From the NCBI GenBank assembly GCA_964549855.1, contig CAZJWV010000002.1, positions 55,762 to 119,761 on the forward strand: DNA of 64,000 nt, read 5' to 3'. Source of the DNA: an uncultured Ohtaekwangia sp. Its GTDB lineage: Bacteria > Bacteroidota > Bacteroidia > Cytophagales > Cyclobacteriaceae. Position numbers and translations under genes: made by a program. This document shows positions 40,174 to 47,794 of this stretch, one piece after another; within the stretch, counting starts at the first letter, position 1; every line of letters starts with the position of its first letter. Below the pieces are notes generated by a model, which had not been told where the DNA came from, did no database searches, and saw only the letters and a program-made list of their open reading frames with translations.

Positions 40174-41288
40174 GGGTGCTTCGCATTTTACTGGAAAAAG
40201 AGTTCAGGCAGATCTTCCGCAATACGATCATCCTGCGAATCATCTTTATGATGCCGGCCATCCAGTTGATCATTATGCCGCTGGCTGCGGATTACGAAGT
40301 AAAAGAGATCAAGCTTTCAATCGTCGACCTGGATCATTCAACTTATTCGCAACGGCTAATCAGCAAAGTCACCGCCACACATCATTTCAGCCTGGTTGAC
40401 TACGCTGGCTCGTACCGCGAAGGGCTGAGGGCGGTGGAGAATGACGAAGCCGACTTGTTGCTTCAGATCCCGTCAGGATTTGAGCGCTCGCTCGTCAGGG
40501 AAAACAGGGGGCAGTTGTACATGGCCATCAACGCGATCAACGGTGTGAAGGCCGGCCTGGGTGGCGCCTACCTGGGTACAATTATCCAGGACTTCAATGG
40601 TGAAATCCGTACGGATTGGATTACACCAACCCGAATGAATCCTTCGCCGGTGATCCGCGCGGAGGCGATCAACTGGTACAACCCTTTAATGAACTATAAA
40701 GTCTTTATGGTTCCGGGAATTCTTGTGATCCTCGTGACCATGGTCGGCGGATTTCTCTCAGCGCTGAACATCGTCAATGAGAAAGAGACGGGGACCATCG
40801 AGCAGATCAACGTCACTCCGATCCGGAAGTATCAATTCATACTCGGCAAGTTGATCCCGTTCTGGATACTCGGCCTCGTGGTGCTCACGATTGGGCTAAC
40901 GATCGCGCGGGTGATTTACGGGATCTACCCGGTGGGAAGTTTCCTTACCATCTACACATTTGCCGCCATCTACCTGCTGGCTGTGCTCGGCCTGGGTCTG
41001 CTTATATCGACTTTGGCAAACAATCAACAGCAAGCCATGTTGTTGTCCTTCTTCATGATGATGGTGTTTATTTTGCTAGGTGGATTGTTTTCTTCCGTCG
41101 AGAGCATGCCTCGCTGGGCGCAGGTGTTCACCTGGTTCAACCCGGTCGCTTATTTCATCGAAGTCATGCGGATGGTGATATTGAAAGGCAGCTCGCTGGG
41201 CGACATAAGGAATCATCTTGGCATCGTGTTCCTGATGGCCGTGGTTCTTAACTCACTTGCCGTTCTTAACTACCGGAAGCGGTCGTAG
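40170..41288 (+). CDS. ABC-2 type transporter permease (YbhS/YbhR-like), paralogue
   Basis: Same architecture as 39067-40173. The ATG at 40170 overlaps the upstream stop (ATGA). Confidence 0.85.
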   Translation: MRVLRILLEKEFRQIFRNTIILRIIFMMPAIQLIIMPLAADYEVKEIKLSIVDLDHSTYSQRLISKVTATHHFSLVDYAGSYREGLRAVENDEADLLLQIPSGFERSLVRENRGQLYMAINAINGVKAGLGGAYLGTIIQDFNGEIRTDWITPTRMNPSPVIRAEAINWYNPLMNYKVFMVPGILVILVTMVGGFLSALNIVNEKETGTIEQINVTPIRKYQFILGKLIPFWILGLVVLTIGLTIARVIYGIYPVGSFLTIYTFAAIYLLAVLGLGLLISTLANNQQQAMLLSFFMMMVFILLGGLFSSVESMPRWAQVFTWFNPVAYFIEVMRMVILKGSSLGDIRNHLGIVFLMAVVLNSLAVLNYRKRS

Positions 41289-41308
41289 TTCTTTTTCTAT
41301 GAAACGTC

Positions 41309-41338
41309 GTACCGGTGCGCGTCTCGCGATACCGGTAC
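41309..41338 (+). terminator. Stem-loop after the efflux operon
   Basis: gtaccggt / accggtac 8-bp stem with an inner cgcg/cgcg stem. There is no clear T-run, so a terminator function is uncertain. Confidence 0.3.
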
Positions 41339-41591
41339 CCTTTGGATTACGCGCGCACCCTACTATCGTTCACACTCAAGCGTGGTTCGCATTTCATAGA
41401 AGGTCGTGCACCTTGATTTCCCAGGTAGGACATTTCATAGATAAAATCAGACTGTCCGACGTCGCACCCACCACTGTTCATTTTTCAACACTCGGGCACC
41501 AGGCAACTAGCTGAATCATTGAAATCGATGCGAAAAAGGAGGTTGACCAGAAGAAGAATGGTTTTTGCGGCAAAAGACAGAAAATTAGCCA

Positions 41592-41888
41592 ATGCAAGCG
41601 CGCAGCACGTCAACAACCATCCTGATGATCCTGATCCTGGTCCTAACGGCCCCGATATGGCTTACCGTGTGCGGAGTATTTCTTGGGATTCTCGGCGGAA
41701 TTTTCGGTGCGATCTTCGGAGTCTTTGGAGCCATTTTCGGAGGCCTCATGGAGTTGATCACTCTCCCCTTCCGCATCCTATTCGATTGGCCGGACTGGCA
41801 TTGGGGCTTTCATTTCCCTGGAAGAGGGATCATGATCGTTTTCTTTATTGCGTTGTTGATTGCGGTAACGCGTCGTCAGCGCGCCTGA
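41592..41888 (+). CDS. Small glycine-zipper membrane protein (98 aa)
   Basis: Hydrophobic N-terminal helix, then GILGGIFGAIFGVFGAIFGG (GxxxG repeats) and a second TM helix at the C-terminus. Preferred over the overlapping Arg-rich 127-aa frame (41519-41902). Confidence 0.45.
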   Translation: MQARSTSTTILMILILVLTAPIWLTVCGVFLGILGGIFGAIFGVFGAIFGGLMELITLPFRILFDWPDWHWGFHFPGRGIMIVFFIALLIAVTRRQRA

Positions 41889-41965
41889 AGTTTTCGCCTT
41901 AGTTCTTAACTTGGTTACGGAGACGATCGCACGATCGCCTCACTGGCATTTGAACATACGTAACC

Positions 41966-43687
41966 ATGAGAGCATTACCCCTGATTCTTGCATCCGGACT
42001 GATCGCGATCGCATGTAACACAAGCAAGAGAGAAACCACAGGCTCTACTGCGCCGATATCTGTATGCGGCACACCGGAATCAGCCGCCGTTTTGAAACAG
42101 CTCGATACGACACGGCAGATTGCTCCGCTGCTAACCAACCTTGGTTCATACGGATTTGTTGTCACCACGGCTAGTCCTGAAGCCCAGTCATTTTTCAACC
42201 AGGGATTGAATCTGTATTATGGATTCAACCACCTGGAAGCCTACCGCTCCTTCCGCGAGGCCGCCCGACTGGATCCCTCGTGTGCAATGTGCTGGTGGGG
42301 CCAGGCTCTTTCGTTGGGGCCGAACATCAACGCGCCGATGGATCCTTCCGACGCAGGTCTTGTGTACAAAGCCGTTCGGCGCGCACAGGTGAATGCACCG
42401 AACACGACTCCGTTGGAGCAAGGTTTGATTGAGGCGATTGCGAAGCGGTACGTCGCCGAAGCACCAATGGATCGTTCACCACTGGACAGGGCTTATGCGG
42501 AGGCTATGCGAGAGGTGCAATCGAAATTTCCGGATGTTGACGAAGTAACAACACTCACCTCAGAGTCGCTGATGGATCTCCACCCCTGGGATTACTGGCT
42601 CCGGGATGGCAAACCGCAACCCTGGACGCCGGAAATCCTCGCACTCATGGAGAAGGTGATGACACGGTCCCCACGCCATCCGGGCGCGAACCATCTCTAC
42701 ATCCACATCAACGAAGCATCTTCCAATCCGGGCAAGGCATCGGCAAGCGCAGATTTGCTGCGTGATCTCGTACCAGGCGCCGGACACCTCGTGCACATGC
42801 CTTCGCACATCTACATCCGGACCGGGCGCTATGCAGAAGGGATCACGGCGAATGAAAAGGCTGTGCTTGCCGATGAAGACTATATCAGCACTTGCCGCGC
42901 GCAGGGAATCTACCCGCTCGCCTATTACCCTCACAACTATCACTTCTATTGGGCGTGCGCCCAAATGTCCGGTCGCGGCAAACTCGCATTGGAGGTTGCA
43001 AGAAAGTTAGTGTCGAAATTGTCGGTGACGAAAATGGCGGAGCCTGACTGGGTCACCCTGCAACACTATTATGTGACGCCTTGGTATTCGATGGTTCGGT
43101 TTCATCAGTGGGACGAACTTTCGCGCGAGCCGGCTCCACCGGATTCTCTGCTTTACGCCAGCGCCATTTGGTCTTACGCACAAGGCATGGCGGCGGCGAA
43201 AACAGGAAAAGTAAAGCAAGCCCGGTCGCACCTTGATAAGGTACGGACTGTGTTGGCAGCACCCGCCTTGGCGGACCAGCGCATCTGGGGGATTAATAGC
43301 TTTAAGGATGTTATTGACATTGCTGCGGGGGTACTGGAGAGTGAATGCCGGGCGGCAGAAGGAAAGTATGATTATGCACTTCAGTCGATCGACATCACAA
43401 TGGCAGACGAGGACAAATTGCTTTACCAGGAGCCACCAGATTGGTTCTTCCCGGTGCGCGAAACGTATGGGATGATTCTCCTTAAGGCAAGAAGGTTCAA
43501 ACAGTCAGAGGCCCGATTCCGGGAGGACTTGAAGAGTTACCCGGAAAATGGCTGGTCGCTGGCGGGACTCTACCGGTCGTTGAAAGCGCAAGGCAAGGAA
43601 AAAGAGGCTGCTGAAGTGAGGAAACGCTTTGACAAAGCGTTTGCAGATGCGGATGAAACGCTCAAAGACCCGATGGCGATCAATTGA
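41966..43687 (+). CDS. TPR-like lipoprotein, function unknown
   Basis: Lipobox LIAIAC. Helical repeats (FNHLEAYRSFREAARLDP...). 573 aa. Confidence 0.7.
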   Translation: MRALPLILASGLIAIACNTSKRETTGSTAPISVCGTPESAAVLKQLDTTRQIAPLLTNLGSYGFVVTTASPEAQSFFNQGLNLYYGFNHLEAYRSFREAARLDPSCAMCWWGQALSLGPNINAPMDPSDAGLVYKAVRRAQVNAPNTTPLEQGLIEAIAKRYVAEAPMDRSPLDRAYAEAMREVQSKFPDVDEVTTLTSESLMDLHPWDYWLRDGKPQPWTPEILALMEKVMTRSPRHPGANHLYIHINEASSNPGKASASADLLRDLVPGAGHLVHMPSHIYIRTGRYAEGITANEKAVLADEDYISTCRAQGIYPLAYYPHNYHFYWACAQMSGRGKLALEVARKLVSKLSVTKMAEPDWVTLQHYYVTPWYSMVRFHQWDELSREPAPPDSLLYASAIWSYAQGMAAAKTGKVKQARSHLDKVRTVLAAPALADQRIWGINSFKDVIDIAAGVLESECRAAEGKYDYALQSIDITMADEDKLLYQEPPDWFFPVRETYGMILLKARRFKQSEARFREDLKSYPENGWSLAGLYRSLKAQGKEKEAAEVRKRFDKAFADADETLKDPMAIN

Positions 43688-43772
43688 GCTTGGTACGGAC
43701 GAGAATTTGAAAAGCAGCAGGAACTAGTGATATTAAAAATCAAGAAATCCTTCAATCCTTTCATCAAGGTCA

Positions 43773-44753
43773 TCAATTAATCTTGGCTTCTTGCTTGAAC
43801 CCGAGAACGTGATTCCGAAGTGCATCCAGCCATTGGATGTCAGCGTCCCACTTGGTCCCAAGGAAAATATTTCCGTTATCGATGTGGCGGAAGTAGAATT
43901 TGTAAACAACCTCTTCCTTTGGCAGCACCTTTAGCTGAAGCTGTCCGTCCGGATAGGCAATAGACGCAAAGCTCTTCTCATTCTTGCTGAGGTCGTAGTC
44001 AAGCACTTCCTTGGCGGCCTCTGCCCGTGTGTGAACGTAGCAAAGTACATAGGTGAATCCCTTGCTGCGCATATCTTGTTCAGAAGTGCCGGCATCGAAT
44101 AACTTGTATTTGAGAGGATAATTCTTTTCAAAGAATCTTTCCAGCACGGTATCCATCGCCACGTTGCCGAACTTTGGCACGGCGAGGTTGTCTACTTTAA
44201 GATCGATGGCATAGAATTCCTGGCGGCGGCCCTTGACGATGTCGACCGAAAGATCCAGTTCGGGTTTTTCATTCACGAGGTAGTTCGCTTTTTTCTGTGC
44301 GCGCCACGAATCCTGCAGGAGTGTTGTCATCAGGTCGTTCAACTTTACCCTGGAGACCTGCCAGGCTGGCTTCGACACATCGAATAAGGCGGGCTTCACG
44401 GTGAAAGGCGTGGCAGTTAGCCGGAATCCGTCGCCGCCTTTGTCTGCAAATAGGATAAATGCAACCTGTCTTTCTGTGAAATAGGCAGAGTACGCCTTGA
44501 TTGCATCCTCGCCGGCCATCACTACATCGATGGGGAACCAGGCGATGGCATCCAACCCGATGCGCTGAAAGCCCTTTTGATATTCGTTTATTTCAGCCGT
44601 GGAAAGGCGGTAATCATAAAGCGCGACGGCACGGCTGCTCAGCAAATTCGGTGGTGGATACGAAGAAGGTGGAAATGGCGGCGTTAAGGACTGCGCACCA
44701 CAAAAGGAAGCGGACAGTGCAAAAAGCAGGGCGCAAAGGCAAGTGCGGGTCAT
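43773..44753 (-). CDS. Hypothetical secreted protein
   Basis: Starting at M11 gives the clean signal peptide MTRTCLCALLFALSASFCGAQ. The maximal ORF start is 44783. No motif recognised. Confidence 0.6.
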   Translation of the reverse strand: MTRTCLCALLFALSASFCGAQSLTPPFPPSSYPPPNLLSSRAVALYDYRLSTAEINEYQKGFQRIGLDAIAWFPIDVVMAGEDAIKAYSAYFTERQVAFILFADKGGDGFRLTATPFTVKPALFDVSKPAWQVSRVKLNDLMTTLLQDSWRAQKKANYLVNEKPELDLSVDIVKGRRQEFYAIDLKVDNLAVPKFGNVAMDTVLERFFEKNYPLKYKLFDAGTSEQDMRSKGFTYVLCYVHTRAEAAKEVLDYDLSKNEKSFASIAYPDGQLQLKVLPKEEVVYKFYFRHIDNGNIFLGTKWDADIQWLDALRNHVLGFKQEAKIN

Positions 44754-44798
44754 GGGATGCCTAATAACGCTGAATCCGGTCATCTATTTTGGATGCCG

Positions 44799-45116
44799 TC
44801 ACACGGCAATGAACACGCCGGCCTCATCGACCCGCGTGGGAAACGTTTCAAGATCATCGTCCTGTTCACTGGCGCGACCTGTCACAAGGTTGAACCGGTG
44901 CCCATGCCAGGGGCAGACTACTTCGCCAAGGTAATTCACTTCTCCCCGGCTCAGCGATTCACCGTTGTGCGGACAGCGATCGGCAACAGCAAGAAGCCGG
45001 TCAGCCGTGCGCACCAGGCAGATGCGTTTTCCGCTCACGAGCAACAACCGGGGCCGGTTAATCACCAGTGATGATTCCATTTGACCTGTGGAGGAAAAGA
45101 TCTGCACCCAGTTCAC
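44799..45116 (-). CDS. Rieske (2Fe-2S) domain protein
   Basis: Cluster ligands CPHNG...CPWHGHRF. The maximal ORF (start 45188) would overlap the divergent M20 start by 15 nt. GTG at 45116 gives a typical roughly 105-aa protein (xNWVQIF...). ATG at 45080 is also possible. Confidence 0.75.
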   Translation of the reverse strand: MNWVQIFSSTGQMESSLVINRPRLLLVSGKRICLVRTADRLLAVADRCPHNGESLSRGEVNYLGEVVCPWHGHRFNLVTGRASEQDDDLETFPTRVDEAGVFIAV

Positions 45117-45173
45117 GGCTTTGTTTTGGGAAGGAGTACTTTTTTCTACCTTACTTTCTTCCGCCCGACAAAG

Positions 45174-46472
45174 ATGAAAAAAATTCAACTGAGCCTACTT
45201 TGCCTTTTTGCATCATTGAGCCTAAGTGCGCAGGTCTCGTTCAAGATGCTTCAACAAGCTGATGCACTTGAACCGAAACTCATCGAATGGCGCAGGCACT
45301 TTCACCAGTTTCCGGAACTCTCTAATCGCGAAACGAAAACCGGTGCACGCATTGCCGAGATGTTGCGCGGCATGGGCATCGAGGTGCAACACCCTGTGGC
45401 AAAGACAGGCGTAATCGGAATTTTGCGTGGCGGGAAGCCAGGTCCGGTTATTGGTATTCGTGCCGACATTGACGCTCTGCCCGTGACGGAGCGCAGCAGC
45501 TTGCCGTTTGTCTCACGCGAGAAGAGCACGTTCAACGGAATTGAGACAGGCGTCATGCATGCGTGCGGACATGACGGGCACATGGCCATCCTCCTTGGCG
45601 TTGCCGACATCCTGAGCAGGAACAAGAGTGAGCTGAGAGGAACAATCAAATTCATTTTCCAGCCTGCCGAGGAAGGAGCGCCTCCGGGTGAGGAAGGCGG
45701 CGCGTTCCTGATGATCAAGGAGGGAGTGATGGACAATCCGAAAGTGGACGTTGTATTCGGCCTCCATATTCAATCGCTTGTGCCACTCGGCTCGGTGGCC
45801 TACCGGGCCGAAGGCCTGATGGCTTCCGTGGACAATCTTAATATTAAAGTGAAAGGGCGCGGTGCACATGGCGCGACTCCCTGGGACAGTGTGGATCCCA
45901 TCGTCGTAGCAAGCCAGATTGTTTTGGGGCTACAGACCATCGTAAGCCGCCAAACGGAATTGACCAAGGCTGCAGCAGTAATCACCGTGGGAAGTTTTCA
46001 CGGAGGCATTCGCCGCAACATCATCCCTGAAGAGGCTACCCTGGAGGGCACGATCCGCACCTTCGATGCAGACATGCAGAAGATCGTTCATGAAAAAATC
46101 CGGACGACGGCCACACGAATCGCCGAGAGTGCAGGGGCAACGGCAGAGGTGGGAATAGATATACTCTACCCCGTCACCTACAACGACGTTGCGCTCACCC
46201 GCCAAATGGCGCCGACACTGGAACGGGTGGTGGGGAAAGAGAAAGCAAGGGTCATTCCCCCGGTAACTATGGCGGAAGACTTTTCATTCTATCAGCAGAA
46301 GGTGCCGGGCTTCTTTTTCTTTGTCGGGGCATACCCGGCAGACTTGAAACCCACCGCACAACCAACGCACCACACGGCCGACTTCATGATTGATGAGCGA
46401 TGTCTAGTGATCGGTGTGAAGTCTCTCCTTTCTCTTGCGACCGACTATGCTTCAACTTCGAAACCCAAATAA
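45174..46472 (+). CDS. M20/M20D family amidohydrolase (N-acyl-amino-acid amidohydrolase-like), secreted, copy 1
   Basis: Signal peptide MKKIQLSLLCLFASLSLSAQ. Motifs EWRRHFHQFPELS, GVMHACGHDGH and FIFQPAEEG. Confidence 0.9.
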   Translation: MKKIQLSLLCLFASLSLSAQVSFKMLQQADALEPKLIEWRRHFHQFPELSNRETKTGARIAEMLRGMGIEVQHPVAKTGVIGILRGGKPGPVIGIRADIDALPVTERSSLPFVSREKSTFNGIETGVMHACGHDGHMAILLGVADILSRNKSELRGTIKFIFQPAEEGAPPGEEGGAFLMIKEGVMDNPKVDVVFGLHIQSLVPLGSVAYRAEGLMASVDNLNIKVKGRGAHGATPWDSVDPIVVASQIVLGLQTIVSRQTELTKAAAVITVGSFHGGIRRNIIPEEATLEGTIRTFDADMQKIVHEKIRTTATRIAESAGATAEVGIDILYPVTYNDVALTRQMAPTLERVVGKEKARVIPPVTMAEDFSFYQQKVPGFFFFVGAYPADLKPTAQPTHHTADFMIDERCLVIGVKSLLSLATDYASTSKPK

Positions 46473-46473
46473 C

Positions 46474-47793
46474 ATGAGATCCCTTATCGTTCTCCTCTTC
46501 ATTGTTGCAGTCGCGACGGCGGCTGCACAGACAAATCCGAAACTACAGGCTAAACTTGACGCACAGGCTGCGGAAATGGAAGCGAAAGTGATCGAGTGGC
46601 GGCGGCATTTTCATCAATACCCTGAACTATCCAACCGGGAGACGAAGACGGGTGCCTACATCGCCGAGTATTTGAAAACGCTCGGGCTTGAAGTCAAATA
46701 CCCTGTTGCAAAGACCGGCGTGGTGGCCACCCTGCAAACCGGCAAGCCTGGTCCCGTGATTGCCCTGCGTGCCGACATTGACGCATTGCCGGTGACGGAG
46801 CGAAACAGCCTTCCTTTCGCCTCGAAGGAGAAAGCGATGTTCAACGGTCAGGAAACAGGGGTGATGCACGCCTGTGGACACGATTCGCACATCGCGATCC
46901 TCATGGGCGTGGCGACCATTCTTTCGAAAAACAAGAGTGACCTGAAAGGAACCATCAAGTTTTTCTTCCAACCCGCAGAAGAGGGAGCGCCGGCCGGGGA
47001 AGAAGGCGGAGCTGCGTTGATGATCAAGGAAGGCGTGTTGGACAACCCGAAAGTGGAGGTGGCGTTCGGGCTGCACATCAGTTCGATGACCCCGGTAGGC
47101 ATGATTACCTATCGCCCCGGGGGATTGCTCGCCGCGTCCGACACATGGTCGATTACTGTGAAGGGACGGCAAGCACATGGTTCGGCGCCGTGGATGGGCG
47201 TGGACCCGATCGTCGTGTCGGCCCAGATTATCAATGGACTTCAAACCATTATCAGCCGGCAGAGTGAATTGACTAAAGAAGCAGCAGTGATCACGGTGGG
47301 CAGGTTCCAGTCGGGCATTCGCGAGAACATTATCCCGGAAGAGGCTTTCATGGCCGGAACGATCCGGACACTGGATGCAGGAATGCAGGACAAGATTCAT
47401 GAGAAGATCAAACTAACAGCGACGAAGATTGCTGAAAGCGCTGGAGCCACGGCTGTGGTAGACATTCGCAGGGGTTACCCCATCACGTATAACAATCCTG
47501 CCTTGACGGAGAAGATGGCACCAAGCCTGGAGCGTGCGGCCGGCAAGGACAAAGCGCAGCGCATCAATGCGTCCACGGGGGCGGAGGATTTCTCATTCTT
47601 TCAGCAGCAGGTGCCGGGCTTGTTCTTTTTTGTCGGGGGCATGACACAGGGTTTGGATGCAGGCAAAGTTCCGTCCCACCACACACCTGATTTTATGATC
47701 GACGAAAAGGGATTCATCACCGGGATCAAGGCGATGCTGAATGTGACGACGGATTATATATATATGCCGACCAAGACTGGAATCAAGAAGTAA
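46474..47793 (+). CDS. M20/M20D family amidohydrolase, secreted, copy 2 (tandem paralogue)
   Basis: Signal peptide MRSLIVLLFIVAVATAAAQ. Motifs EWRRHFHQYPELS, GVMHACGHDSH and FFFQPAEEG. Starts 1 nt after the copy 1 stop. Confidence 0.9.
   Translation: MRSLIVLLFIVAVATAAAQTNPKLQAKLDAQAAEMEAKVIEWRRHFHQYPELSNRETKTGAYIAEYLKTLGLEVKYPVAKTGVVATLQTGKPGPVIALRADIDALPVTERNSLPFASKEKAMFNGQETGVMHACGHDSHIAILMGVATILSKNKSDLKGTIKFFFQPAEEGAPAGEEGGAALMIKEGVLDNPKVEVAFGLHISSMTPVGMITYRPGGLLAASDTWSITVKGRQAHGSAPWMGVDPIVVSAQIINGLQTIISRQSELTKEAAVITVGRFQSGIRENIIPEEAFMAGTIRTLDAGMQDKIHEKIKLTATKIAESAGATAVVDIRRGYPITYNNPALTEKMAPSLERAAGKDKAQRINASTGAEDFSFFQQQVPGLFFFVGGMTQGLDAGKVPSHHTPDFMIDEKGFITGIKAMLNVTTDYIYMPTKTGIKK
47698..47793 (+). 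repeat. Direct-repeat copy A (3' end of M20 copy 2), partner at 51428-51520
   Basis: 68/75 nt identical to 51428-51502 when aligned codon by codon. Confidence 0.8.
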
Positions 47794-47794
47794 A

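Noticed and set aside
41519-41902. 127-aa ORF overlapping the glycine-zipper ORF in another frame.
   Set aside because: The translation is Arg/Pro/His-rich and looks like out-of-frame noise. The 98-aa frame gives coherent TM helices and GxxxG repeats. Neither ORF is proven.
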